A stretch of 64,000 nucleotides of DNA, taken from contig CAZVZC010000004.1 of the NCBI GenBank assembly GCA_964631415.1, forward strand, positions 1-64,000. The letters run 5' to 3'. The stretch is from an uncultured archaeon. GTDB lineage: Archaea > Asgardarchaeota > Thorarchaeia > Thorarchaeales > Thorarchaeaceae. Of this stretch, positions 1 through 9,645 are shown piece after piece. The notes under the pieces were generated by a model. The model worked only from the letters and a program-made list of their open reading frames with translations. It made no database searches and was not told the DNA's origin. Position 1 is the stretch's first letter, and the number at the start of each line of letters is the position of its first letter. The position numbers and the translations under genes are program-made.

Positions 1-900
1 GATTATGAACTGCAGTCATATGACGGAACGAACTTGGGTGTGTTTGATCCCGAAGTGAACATTCACCTCGCGCAAGTCGTCAACGAAATGGGGCTCTGTG
101 GAATTCAAGGCGGAGCCGTTCTTGGTTTTGCAGGAGAGCTGTACCAGAGAGGCATTCTTACAAAAGAGGACCTTGACGGAATAGAACTCGATTGGGGGAA
201 TGCAGGGGCATTCGAGGCTTTGATCAATCTTGTCGTCAAACGACAAGGGATTGGCGACATCCTAGCACAGGGAGTCTATCGGGCTGCAAAGAAGATTGGA
301 GAGATGAAAGGAACAGACCTCATGCAGTATGTCGTGCAGGAGAAGGGCATGGCAATCGGAGGACACGGTATCAGGAGTGAAAAGGACTTCATTTCGAATC
401 ACATCGGGTTTGCGTGTTCAGTGCAAGGAGGAGATCATGGTTCTCAAGCTCGCTTCCCACCAAATGGAGAGGGTGGTGATTTGTCTGCCATTCTGCATGA
501 TTCTGCAGTCTACTGCATGTTCGCCAAGAGCGTTGACAATGAGCAGGTCTTCCGCTTCTATACGGCCGTCACAGGGTGGAAACAGACAGCAGAAGACTGG
601 TACAACAAGAAAGCCCTAAGGATACTTCAGATACAGAGAGCGATGTTGTTACTTGGAGGACCCGACGTCACTTGGAGGGCGAAGACTGATGATGACAATC
701 CGCCTAGGTTCTGGGAGCCTCTGCCTTCAGGACCTTACAAAGGCAAAGCATTGGACAGGGCATCATTCGAGAAAGCACGAGCAGACTACTATCTCGCCGT
801 AGGTTGGGATGAAAACGGTGTGCCAACCCCAGAAACCCTCAGCACTCTTGGCTTGAATAGCGTGAACTCCAAGCTCAAAGCTGCGGGTTTCAGAGAGTAA
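1..900 (+). CDS. Aldehyde:ferredoxin oxidoreductase family protein, C-terminal part (5'-truncated by window edge)
   Basis: Frame open from base 1; AOR domain 2/3 motifs (WGNAGA, GIGDILAQG, KGMAIGGH, DSAVYCMF, YYLAVGWDENGVPT). Confidence 0.9.
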   Translation, partial: DYELQSYDGTNLGVFDPEVNIHLAQVVNEMGLCGIQGGAVLGFAGELYQRGILTKEDLDGIELDWGNAGAFEALINLVVKRQGIGDILAQGVYRAAKKIGEMKGTDLMQYVVQEKGMAIGGHGIRSEKDFISNHIGFACSVQGGDHGSQARFPPNGEGGDLSAILHDSAVYCMFAKSVDNEQVFRFYTAVTGWKQTAEDWYNKKALRILQIQRAMLLLGGPDVTWRAKTDDDNPPRFWEPLPSGPYKGKALDRASFEKARADYYLAVGWDENGVPTPETLSTLGLNSVNSKLKAAGFRE

Positions 901-990
901 AGAGCATACCCCAAAGAATGGAGCCTCAGTTGAAAGCAATGCTGCCTGCCAAGCTAGGCCGCCCGAGTTCTCTAATGAGATGATTCCCCG

Positions 991-1033
991 AGAAAGAAAA
1001 CGACAGGAGAGGGCCTCGCTGGCATTCTCCTGT
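991..1033 (-). terminator. Hairpin plus T-rich tract downstream of the surface protein gene
   Basis: ACAGGAGA (1003-1010) pairs with TCTCCTGT (1026-1033), followed on the minus strand by TTTTCTTTCT; lies between convergent genes. Confidence 0.5.
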
Positions 1034-1050
1034 TATCATCTGAGAAGACT

Positions 1051-2397
1051 TCAGCGTCTTCTCGCGACCACAGCTAAGGCAACAACGCCAATCACAACTG
1101 CTGCAACAACCATGATTCCTACACCGCCGGTCTGGCCGCTGATAACGTTGGTGTACGCAACATAGACAGGGTCTTGCTGTACGCGCAGTCCGTTCCACTC
1201 AGGGAAGGTGACCGCATACCACCACTGGCTGTTGTGGAAAGCAGTTCCCACATTGTTCACCATCTGCTGAACGTTAGCATAGGTCGCCCTCAATTGGGCC
1301 GAAAGACCGTACGCCATGTGTGCAAATAGCCGTGCAGAGAGTGGAGCCTGCCATGCAATCAGGAGAAAGTCGCTTCCCCTCGCTCCAAGAAGGCAGTTCA
1401 GAGCTACGTAGTTGTCGCCTATGAGGTTCCAAGGATCTGTGGACTCGTTATAGAGAGAGTAGTTCCTTCCGAGGCCAATATCAAACGCACGTTCGCTGTC
1501 ATTACCGACTCTGATCGTGATGTTGTCAGACAGTGGAGTCGTCGCAGTGGGCGGAACTAATCGATTACCGTCTGAACTCCTCGTGACATTGTACTTGCTG
1601 GTGAACACGGATAGGTAGTGGACGGCGCTTATCTCCATCGAGGGCAGAATGATTGCCGATGGGTTCACCTCGACGTTCAATACCCGCGCACGGGTGACTT
1701 GGCCGATTGTGTAGAGCGTTTCCGCACTGATGGCACCATCTGCTGCTATTGTGATGTCATACTGGATGACTATCTCACTGAATAGGACTGTCACAAGTGG
1801 AAGTAGAAGCGAAACCCAGAAACCGCCTTGTGCAGACACGACTCTTGCAGTCATGTTCGTGTATCGCATACCAAAGCGGTAATGGTTCGGTTCCACGAGA
1901 GTTGCTGGAATGGGTTCGACCTCCGCAGTTACGTCAGTCCACGGGCTGTTGGAGGTCACGGGAACTATGTACCAAGCGTTTTCGTTGCCGACATCAGGGA
2001 GACTGTTTGAGCCGTAGCTCTCGTTGTGTACAAGCAGGAACGCAAAGATTGCACCGATGAAGACCTCCTTGTTTTCCGGAGTCTTGTAGTGCATTCCGAA
2101 GAGCTGATACGGCAAAACGATTCTCTGACCATCTGTCGTGTTGATTTCGTTGAATGCTATCAGGAACGCCTGAAACTCACCAACGTGAACATAGGATGTA
2201 GTGAGGCTGGCGTTTGTTCCGTCTGCGCCCTTGACCAGAATCGAGCTGTTTGTCCAGTACTCCTGGCTGAAGGTGTGACCAAAGACTTGGGCTTCGTCGC
2301 CGGGGCTGTACGCCACGACGAACGGTGCGACAGACACTGGTACCAACAGGACAGCTAGAAGCAGTACTGGAGCGGACCTACTGTTAATTGCGTGCAT
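1051..2397 (-). CDS. Secreted/cell-surface glycoprotein with C-terminal membrane anchor
   Basis: N-terminal hydrophobic signal, many N-x-S/T sequons, C-terminal TM helix followed by RRR. Confidence 0.8.
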   Translation of the reverse strand: MHAINSRSAPVLLLAVLLVPVSVAPFVVAYSPGDEAQVFGHTFSQEYWTNSSILVKGADGTNASLTTSYVHVGEFQAFLIAFNEINTTDGQRIVLPYQLFGMHYKTPENKEVFIGAIFAFLLVHNESYGSNSLPDVGNENAWYIVPVTSNSPWTDVTAEVEPIPATLVEPNHYRFGMRYTNMTARVVSAQGGFWVSLLLPLVTVLFSEIVIQYDITIAADGAISAETLYTIGQVTRARVLNVEVNPSAIILPSMEISAVHYLSVFTSKYNVTRSSDGNRLVPPTATTPLSDNITIRVGNDSERAFDIGLGRNYSLYNESTDPWNLIGDNYVALNCLLGARGSDFLLIAWQAPLSARLFAHMAYGLSAQLRATYANVQQMVNNVGTAFHNSQWWYAVTFPEWNGLRVQQDPVYVAYTNVISGQTGGVGIMVVAAVVIGVVALAVVARRR

Positions 2398-2548
2398 GGC
2401 TAGTAATCAGTGTTCAATCATAATAAAGCACAGTGGACGTATCGTATAGGCGAATCATCCTGTCGTGCCGCGTGACGGATTGCAGGCGAACTCACTCGGA
2501 CGATGCGAAATGGGTAGAGAACTCGAACAGAGCGGATGTCCTTGACAG

Positions 2549-3358
2549 TCATGGCTGCGGAAAGCTGTTGACTGCGGCCACAGTGCCTCTGCAGATGGCA
2601 TCGTACAACCGGTTGGAAACCCTGTCATACTCCTTCTTGATTTCGTCAGCAGCCTCGAAGAGAACGTCATTCCACGAGCCCATTCCGCCGAACACGAACG
2701 CATGCCTGCTGGCAGCCATCAGCTGTTCAGCATCTCTGGTGAAGCAGCCCACAGGAAGAATCTCTACGGTTTCAGCATCATATTCGGAGTCAAGTGCATC
2801 TAGAGCACGCTGAAAATAGCTGACCCATTCCTTGGTGTCATCGTGTTTTTTTGCGAACGAAGATATGTCCACCAAGGCCTGCTGCAATTCCTTGCGTACC
2901 TCTCCAAGTGAGTAGGAAGTGTCTTGGAGCTCCTCAGGTTTCACCTTAGACAGAACGTACCAGACGTTCCAGATTCTTCTTCCTCGATTACTTGGAGCCT
3001 TCCACACCGATTCCCACAGAGCACTACCGGCTGGACTCACTGTTTCGATGAACCAATAGCCTCCACCCCCGGAGAATGCCACACTGCTCCTGTCTGGCAT
3101 CCCCTCTGCTGATGCTGAGCTGTAGTGCAATCGCAGGTGGTGGACACCATTTGTGGCAAGGTAGGTGAACCAAGATTCGGGGTCCTTGGCCAGCATCTTG
3201 CGGCCCCTAAGAGATCCAAGTTGCGGAACGTCGACAAACTCAATGCTCCGACAATGGGATGCAGTGGGGTGGTCGAGCCCGAAAGCAACCTTATGCCCTT
3301 GAAGGTGGGCGTTGGCGTATGCCGTCAGAGCCGCCTTCTGAGCAGCTTCACCATTCAT
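2549..3358 (-). CDS. Hypothetical protein with C-terminal GGMGSWND motif (DUF6966-like)
   Basis: Long ORF; ATG at 3358 preferred; FGGMGSWNDV motif. Confidence 0.7.
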   Translation of the reverse strand: MNGEAAQKAALTAYANAHLQGHKVAFGLDHPTASHCRSIEFVDVPQLGSLRGRKMLAKDPESWFTYLATNGVHHLRLHYSSASAEGMPDRSSVAFSGGGGYWFIETVSPAGSALWESVWKAPSNRGRRIWNVWYVLSKVKPEELQDTSYSLGEVRKELQQALVDISSFAKKHDDTKEWVSYFQRALDALDSEYDAETVEILPVGCFTRDAEQLMAASRHAFVFGGMGSWNDVLFEAADEIKKEYDRVSNRLYDAICRGTVAAVNSFPQP

Positions 3359-3555
3359 GTGCTGACCGGATGGATTCGCCGCATATATCAGTATTCTCCA
3401 GAAGTGACAATGAGAGTCGGGGACCTGCGTCCGCTCCTTTTCCAAGGATGGAGTTGCTCCACAACGAAGTCTTCAATTGTAGCCATAGCGCTCAGTCCAG
3501 AGTATGTGGGGTTTCAAGTAGTAGAGAGAAGATTCTCCAGGTTCGTGTACTGGAA

Positions 3556-3918
3556 ATGAACAACTCATTCTATGTGAAACTGTCTTCCAGTTTCTTAGTC
3601 ATTCATGGATTTGTTGAGCTACTAGCATTGTCAATGCTTGTTCTCCCGCCTGAATTCATCCCGATATCTCTGTCAGGCGACTTCACCTTTTGGGCACTGA
3701 CTGGAGGAATGTATGGCGTTTCCAGAATAGCAGCAGGCTGGGCTATTGTCAAAAGGAGAAAGAACGGAATCACATTTGGAATTCTATTATCAACAGTGAC
3801 AATCGCAGGTGCTCCGAACATTCAGCCCTTTGGACTGATGGACTTACCATTGTCGGCGATAGTCCTTTGGGCATTGCTGACCCTCTGGTTTGGTAGTGAG
3901 AAGATAGAGGGGCAGTAG
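3556..3918 (+). CDS. Small 4-TM membrane protein
   Basis: Hydrophobic helices from ATG 3556; upstream part of the ORF overlaps another gene. Confidence 0.65.
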   Translation: MNNSFYVKLSSSFLVIHGFVELLALSMLVLPPEFIPISLSGDFTFWALTGGMYGVSRIAAGWAIVKRRKNGITFGILLSTVTIAGAPNIQPFGLMDLPLSAIVLWALLTLWFGSEKIEGQ

Positions 3919-3972
3919 ATTGCCTAGCGTAATCAGCGATGTTGTCAGGGCTGTGGTGTTTTCCAACTCGCG

Positions 3973-4485
3973 CTAGATGACCACAGCAATAGCAGCAACT
4001 GCAAGACTCAGCACAGCTAGGGCAGCGGTCCCATAGACATGCCCTATGGCATGCATCTTCCTGAAGTCCTTGTAAGCGGTTTCCTTCATGTCTTCTGTTC
4101 CCGGGATTATCACCCACGAGGGAGTGATTGTACCGACAACAAGTAAGTCTAGGAACAAGAGGTCTGCAAAATTCGCTATCATCAGTACCCCAAATGCATT
4201 GAGGAAGGCATCGACCAAGGATATCGTTCCGCCATAGGAGGCCTTCAGTATGAGAGTTGAAACAAGTGGGAATACGAGCATGAGTATGAAGAAGGGTGGA
4301 GCAAGGAGGACTGCTGTTTTGCGTTCCCTTTTAGTCTGTGGTGGCACTCTACTGGTGACCTCCTTTGGATAATCACTGAATCCCCATATCCTTGGACTCA
4401 GGAACCTCATGACTGGCAACAAGTAGGCGACCAAAAGGACTGCCGCAAGTGAGCCATGTAATAGGACGTTCTCAATCAATGACAA
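3973..4485 (-). CDS. Multi-pass membrane protein
   Basis: GGAGG SD before TTG 4485; four TM helices; DYP..PP and IIPGTE motifs. Confidence 0.75.
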   Translation of the reverse strand: MSLIENVLLHGSLAAVLLVAYLLPVMRFLSPRIWGFSDYPKEVTSRVPPQTKRERKTAVLLAPPFFILMLVFPLVSTLILKASYGGTISLVDAFLNAFGVLMIANFADLLFLDLLVVGTITPSWVIIPGTEDMKETAYKDFRKMHAIGHVYGTAALAVLSLAVAAIAVVI

Positions 4486-4747
4486 TGGGGAACCTCCTTG
4501 ACAGCTGACCACATGTGTGGTACGTAGGAGAACAAAAGCCTACCTGAAAAGTGCGAGGCTGCTCGAAGAAGACCTCGTTTGTCAGATTCATCGCTCTCTC
4601 AAGAGTGTTCTTGACACAATCACTCCCTCAGGGTCAGTGTCGAGGATATCCGGGTCTATCGTTGTCACCCTGAGAGGAAAACAGCAGCCGGACAGACAGG
4701 AAGACCAAATCCAGACCAGTTCGCTTGCTTGGATTCGACTGTGCAAT

Positions 4748-5542
4748 CTACGACTTCTCTCCGTATACGACAAAGTGCCTTGACATCCCACTAAGAGAGG
4801 GTTCCCTGGAAAGGAGTAGCACCATCTCAGACATCTCTCTGAAGGCCGCTTCGTCCCACTTACGAGAGGTCCTGAGTTCCTTGGGCACTCCGAGTACGTC
4901 CATCCAGCCACAGACGGAATATATATCGATTACTCTGACCGCCTGCATCTCCAACAACTGTCGTGCAGTATCTCTGTCTACAGTCGTAGATTCTCCCATC
5001 TTGTGTCCACGATGACTCGGTTTCGACCTGACGGAACTAAGAACAGCCAGTGGGCTTCTACGGAAACTGCGAACGGCCTCACCCCACCTGTTCAGGAAAA
5101 AGATGGAAAGCCGGCCCCCTCTCTTCGTCACCCGAACAAGCTCCCTCACGTCCTCAGCCATGCCATTCCAGCATAGCACGAAGTCAAAGATCTCATCGTC
5201 GAAGCGTAGTCTGCGGACGTCACACGCGGAAACCTCCACTTTGTCCATCAGGCCAGATTCTCGGATCTTTTGTCTTGCTACATTCAGCATATCTGGAGAT
5301 ATGTCGCACAGAGTGACCGAGTATCCCATCCTCGCCAAGGGAAGGGTCATCCTTCCTGTGCCGCCAGCAGCGTCAAGAATCTTCGTGTTGCGGTCCGCGG
5401 GAAGATACGGAGTCAGCAGTTGCTAGTCAACGTGGTGCTCCACAGCCCCTTCGAAAGTCAGGTACCACTTGTCATAGGCCTTGGCACGTTCGCTCGATGT
5501 TCTTCCCGAGTTCTCCCTGTCGTCGCGTCCATCAATGTTCAT
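4748..5542 (-). pseudogene. Class I SAM-dependent methyltransferase interrupted by in-frame TAG (codon 40, 5423-5425)
   Basis: GGAGG SD and ATG 5542; YDKWY..EGAVEHHVD*QLL..KILDAAGGTG in one frame; the ORF-track fragment lacks SAM motif I. Confidence 0.75.
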
Positions 5543-5724
5543 CTGACTTCCTCCACAGGAGTGGGAAACGCCCACCACGGATAAGTCTAAACCATCGGTT
5601 ATCTGGTCTATGGTCTTGCTGCAATAACCTGTTCGTTGGCCGGTCTGTCACGCGACCGCTCCCACCTATGTGATGGCTTACTCCATATATAGTGGAAAGA
5701 TGCATGGTCTATTCGTGTGATGCC

Positions 5725-6210
5725 ATGGGAAAACACAATCACGAACACCTAGCAGGAGAGATGCCAAGGAGTCACATCTATCAGGAAACGTTGTTCGTCG
5801 CCTTCATCACGGTCTGGTTTCTAGACTCTTTCATCTTCAGGCTGACAACTCCCATGCTCGATATTGTGCCAATCTGGATCAGCATTGTTTCTGCACTCAT
5901 CATCATTATTGGTGCACTGGAGCTCATGAACTCCTCTCACAAGACTCTCTTTGAGAGTGGCGAGGGGGGACTTGTGACCACTGGCGTTTTCTCCCGTGTG
6001 AGACACCCAATGTACTTGGGCACATTCCTCGTGTACCTGGCACTGGCGATAGGCACCAAGTCGTTGCTTTCGATGGGCCTATGGATTGTGGTCTTCATGA
6101 TCTACGACCTGATGGCCAGCTACGAGGAGCGACTGCTTGAATCCAAGTTCGGAGCAGAGTATGCAAACTACAGGGCCAAAGTCCGGAAGTGGATTCCAAT
6201 CAGGAAGTGA
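5725..6210 (+). CDS. Isoprenylcysteine carboxyl methyltransferase (Ste14/PEMT) family membrane protein
   Basis: LVTTGVFSRVRHPMY and EERLL..FGAEY..Y...V motifs. Confidence 0.9.
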   Translation: MGKHNHEHLAGEMPRSHIYQETLFVAFITVWFLDSFIFRLTTPMLDIVPIWISIVSALIIIIGALELMNSSHKTLFESGEGGLVTTGVFSRVRHPMYLGTFLVYLALAIGTKSLLSMGLWIVVFMIYDLMASYEERLLESKFGAEYANYRAKVRKWIPIRK

Positions 6211-6356
6211 TAATCCGAACGGGCCGCCACCGGATGAAAGACTCGTTCGCCAGTTATGTGCCAATATGTGCAGGAGAGTAGCTGCATGAGGAGAACGGTG
6301 CACGGATTCTGAATTGATGCAGGAAATCGTAACGGTATGTAGTGACTACTCTATGC

Positions 6357-6839
6357 TCACGCTTGGTATCTGTCATCCGCGGCAAACGAACGAGAACTGT
6401 CGTGTAACGGTTTCTCCAACCAGCCTGAGCTTGCCCCGGGTCGATTGTCGAACTCAGGAACAAAGGGCTTGATGTCCAAGAGAGGAGTGTTGTTGAGCAT
6501 ATCAGCTCCCTTAAACAGAACACCGTCGGGTCTGACCTCTGTTATTTCTATGACTGAAAGCCCAATAGGATTCGGCCGGGAGGGGGCTCTTGTCGAGAAT
6601 ACTCCTCTTTCTCGTGAGTCCAAGTACGGAGTCAAGAGCAGTCTTGGTCCAGTTGACCTGTGAAACCAGTAGATGAGTATGGCATGAGTGAAGCAATCCA
6701 GTGACTCGAGCCCGGGAGAGAACTCCTTATAGACGACAGCCTCACCCATGGCTTCCGATTTGCTTGACTGTATAGGGACCCCTTCACTGGAATCAAACTG
6801 GGTCTTGATAACTCCGATAGGCCGAAGCACTAGCTCCAA
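6357..6839 (-). CDS. tsaA: tRNA (N6-threonylcarbamoyladenosine(37)-N6)-methyltransferase TrmO
   Basis: PIGVI, GVFSTRAPSRPNPIGLS and TPLLDIKP motifs. Confidence 0.92.
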   Translation of the reverse strand: MELVLRPIGVIKTQFDSSEGVPIQSSKSEAMGEAVVYKEFSPGLESLDCFTHAILIYWFHRSTGPRLLLTPYLDSRERGVFSTRAPSRPNPIGLSVIEITEVRPDGVLFKGADMLNNTPLLDIKPFVPEFDNRPGASSGWLEKPLHDSSRSFAADDRYQA

Positions 6840-7041
6840 TTCTTACACCGCGGGACTGACAACAGGCTGCTTCTATAAAGTCTACCTAACGCGTAGACAG
6901 ACGGAGCCCACGCCTCAGCAAACAGGTTCCTAGGGCCCATTGATCTGCATTCGGTGCGCTACAGTCAATAACTGTAGAGTGCAGTACCGATAGGTGCTTC
7001 GCCTACATATCGCGCCGCAAGGACATGGACATACTCAAAGA

Positions 7042-7425
7042 TCAATCAGCCATGACTAGAATGTGTTTTGTCTTGACACCTGCTCGGCGATTGACTAGTT
7101 CCATGAGTTTCAGCATTAGCTGCCGGATGTCCTCATCTTCGATATCCACTATCTTGCCGTTCGAGTCCACGAGGTTCACATGTGGGTGAGAACTCAGTTC
7201 GTAGTGAGTTTCCCCCCCATATGAGAAGCTGCTTATCAAGCCCAGCTCCACCATCTCGTTGAGATTCTTTAGTACCGTCGACCTACTCACGTTTGCATGC
7301 CTTCTCTTCATAGCATCACAGACCTCCGAGAACGAAGGGTGTTTGGGCCCTATCTTCTCAAGTATTCTGACCAGCTCAAGGCGTTGCGGTGTCAAACGGA
7401 GTCCATGCTTCTTGAGGAGTTCCAT
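7042..7425 (-). CDS. Fur/PerR family transcriptional regulator
   Basis: GLRLTPQR, HPS..EV, STV...L, HYE..HPHVN; divergent from dpsL; likely leaderless start at 7425/7428. Confidence 0.85.
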   Translation of the reverse strand: MELLKKHGLRLTPQRLELVRILEKIGPKHPSFSEVCDAMKRRHANVSRSTVLKNLNEMVELGLISSFSYGGETHYELSSHPHVNLVDSNGKIVDIEDEDIRQLMLKLMELVNRRAGVKTKHILVMAD

Positions 7426-7450
7426 CACACATCTGGAAATAGCAGCGTGA

Positions 7451-7496
7451 TTTATAAGTGTATATGTAGTAACTTTTATATAGAACTTATTTCTAT
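7451..7496. promoter_or_regulatory. Divergent TATA boxes and Per/Fur-box-like inverted repeat
   Basis: TTTATAA at 7451 (minus-strand promoter), TTTTATATA at 7474, and ATAGAACT-T-ATTTCTAT at 7480-7496. Confidence 0.6.
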
Positions 7497-7518
7497 CTGA
7501 CTCTAAGGTGAAACATGA

Positions 7519-8070
7519 TTGGCACGAGTAGCTAGAGAGATGGTTGAGAAAGCTGGAATCGATGTCGACAAGCTTCTTAGCCTTCTTGTAAAAAACGCAG
7601 CAGCTGAGCTGACAACATATTACTACTACACCATCCTGAGAGCCAACCTGATTGGACTTGAGGGTGAGGGTTTGAAGGAGATTGCCGAAACGGCACGCAT
7701 AGAGGACAGGAACCACTTCGAAGCGCTCTTCCCTCGCATCTATGAACTGGGCGGCGAGTTGCCTGCAGGAATGGTTGAGTTCCACAATCTATCGGCATGC
7801 CCGCCGGCGAAGCTTCCTAAGGATCCAAAGGATGTCAAGGCCATACTTAATGTGCTCGTAGAGGCCGAGCGATGCGCAGTCAGAGGCTACACACAGATTT
7901 GTCACATGACTGCGGGCAAAGACCACAGGACCTACGACCTCGTCTTGGCCATCCTCAACGAGGAGATCGAACACGAGTCATGGTTCTCTGAGTTCCTTGG
8001 CGAGGGCCCCTCGGGTCACTTCATGCGCCGAGGCGAGACCTCTCCATTCGTTGGCAAGTTCTTGCGCTAG
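7519..8070 (+). CDS. dpsL: DPS-like (thioferritin) DNA protection during starvation protein
   Basis: [24 protein letters not shown] and AERCA cysteine pair, EEIEHESWF; GGTGA SD. Confidence 0.93.
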   Translation: MARVAREMVEKAGIDVDKLLSLLVKNAAAELTTYYYYTILRANLIGLEGEGLKEIAETARIEDRNHFEALFPRIYELGGELPAGMVEFHNLSACPPAKLPKDPKDVKAILNVLVEAERCAVRGYTQICHMTAGKDHRTYDLVLAILNEEIEHESWFSEFLGEGPSGHFMRRGETSPFVGKFLR

Positions 8071-8331
8071 TCAGCGATCAGCGGATCTCTTGGTCCGCAC
8101 TCACCACCATACACGCAAGCCAGACAGATGTGGTACACATCTATACCATAGGAGAGAGAGTACCTCTCTCCTTGCTATTTCTATGTGACCATCAGGGAGG
8201 ATTGCTTTCTCTGATTCGGGACTTATGACGCTGGGCACGAAAATGGATGTCTTCACTTTGAAGAAGATACTGCAGGGTGAGTGGGAAGATGTGCTCCCCA
8301 GTGCGACAGGAGAAACCATTAGAGCCGGTCC

Positions 8332-8649
8332 TCAAATCGGGCTGTCGATCTCATCGGATGCTGCGATGATGAGGCATCTCCCTTCATAGATAGAACGAAC
8401 GACTTTCCTTCTTGCACTCTCGAGAATTCGCCAGACTGTGCCTCTTGATAGACCCATGATGGATCCTGCCTGCTCTTGGTACAGACCCTCAAGGTCAACG
8501 AGCCTCATCACCTCGGCCTCCGCCAAGTCGAGGAATATGGCCTCCATGTTTTGCAAGGGCTCCGGGTTCATCCTTTGAGTACGGAGGGGCCTACCGATGT
8601 TCGGCTGCAATGGGAAACGGCCTCGTGCGCCTCTTCTTCGTCGTTGCAT
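8332..8649 (-). CDS. DUF134 (UPF0251) DNA-binding protein
   Basis: E.EVMRLVDLEGLYQEQAG..MG.SRGTVWRIL..ARRKV. Confidence 0.9.
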   Translation of the reverse strand: MQRRRRGARGRFPLQPNIGRPLRTQRMNPEPLQNMEAIFLDLAEAEVMRLVDLEGLYQEQAGSIMGLSRGTVWRILESARRKVVRSIYEGRCLIIAASDEIDSPI

Positions 8650-8715
8650 TCAAATCCACTCATTTCAGTTCTGTTTAGGACCCACTACTAGTGACATATT
8701 CGGTACATTTATATT

Positions 8716-8753
8716 TGTTCATACGCACAGAATTAATAGTGTGCTTATGCACA
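8716..8753. promoter_or_regulatory. Two imperfect TGTGCATATGCACA-type palindromes
   Basis: TGTTCATACGCACA (8716) and TGTGCTTATGCACA (8740), 24 bp apart, in the AT-rich divergent intergenic region. Confidence 0.55.
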
Positions 8754-8772
8754 TAATTCTCAAGGAGAAACA

Positions 8773-9075
8773 ATGTATATGAGATATGGCAATAGGGGCA
8801 GAAGCGGTGCGTGGCCAGGCAATGGTCCGTTTCGGGACTTGCCCCCATGGGAAAGACCGGGATGGCTATATGGTCCGGGCTCGTGCTGGACGCTTGGATA
8901 TTGGCGCACAACAGGTGTCCCGGCAGTACCTTCAGTACCTTCAGGATCGCTCACAGCGGCCCAAGAGCTTGAGATGCTGAATCGGCAGAAAGAGGCAATC
9001 GAAGCCCAACTGCAGAATATCCAACAGACTCTGGCCAGAATCGAGAAGCGGACTGAAGAGCTTCAGAAACAGTAG
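8773..9075 (+). CDS. DUF5320-like protein (Gly/Pro-rich N-terminus, C-terminal coiled coil)
   Basis: WPGNGPF..LPPWERPGW motif and coiled-coil tail; typical neighbour of DUF134/NifX clusters. Confidence 0.8.
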   Translation: MYMRYGNRGRSGAWPGNGPFRDLPPWERPGWLYGPGSCWTLGYWRTTGVPAVPSVPSGSLTAAQELEMLNRQKEAIEAQLQNIQQTLARIEKRTEELQKQ

Positions 9076-9098
9076 TTTGTGACGAGTCAGTCATACGA

Positions 9099-9125
9099 CC
9101 GGGACCGGACTGAATCCGGCCCCGG
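9099..9125. terminator. GC-rich hairpin between convergent genes
   Basis: CCGGG-A-CCGGA-ctgaa-TCCGG-C-CCCGG. Confidence 0.45.
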
Positions 9126-9273
9126 CTATGCAAGCCCGGAGAACGTGGACAATGAGATGAGAAACGTACCTCTTGGATGACAGTGGGATACCAGTTGTTA
9201 GTCGTCAGGCTTTCCGAAGCTCTAGACGTGCCAACCACATGCGAATGGTCAGATGGGCTATATTAGACATCCT

Positions 9274-9645
9274 CTAGTCTCTGTGGTGAGCCTCGCGACA
9301 ACCTTCAGTCAGTTCTTCTAGGCGGTCCGACAAGTAGCTCCTGACAACTTGATCCACCTGCTGACTGTCAGCACGAAGCACAGGGATGTTCTGACTCTGA
9401 AATGACAAGAGACCCCTTGGCCCCATGCCGGCCACAATCACTACATCTGGCTTCAGGCTGAGGACATTCTCATGTGTGTACCCTTGACCGCCAGTGTGTT
9501 CACCGGTGTTGGGATGAGTCTGTCTTCTTATGACTTGTTTATTGCTGTCGAGCTCCACTACGAGGAGATACTGTGCGCGCCCAAAATGGCTTGCGAGTAT
9601 TGTACCCTCGGAATCATCTGTAGGAATCAGTATCCTTCTGCTCAC
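9274..9645 (-). CDS. NifB/NifX family (FeMo-cofactor-binding fold) protein
   Basis: HFGRA and GMGP motifs, C-terminal C..HH; GTGA overlap with upstream gene. Confidence 0.88.
   Translation of the reverse strand: MSRRILIPTDDSEGTILASHFGRAQYLLVVELDSNKQVIRRQTHPNTGEHTGGQGYTHENVLSLKPDVVIVAGMGPRGLLSFQSQNIPVLRADSQQVDQVVRSYLSDRLEELTEGCREAHHRD

Noticed and set aside
7426-7785. N-terminal 120 aa of the 247-aa Fur ORF
   Set aside because: Overlaps dpsL on the opposite strand and spans the promoters; Fur homology begins near 7425.
8101-8319. 72-aa ORF and hairpin GGAGAGAG/CTCTCTCC between dpsL and DUF134
   Set aside because: No recognisable coding signal; the hairpin is most simply a terminator-type element between convergent genes.
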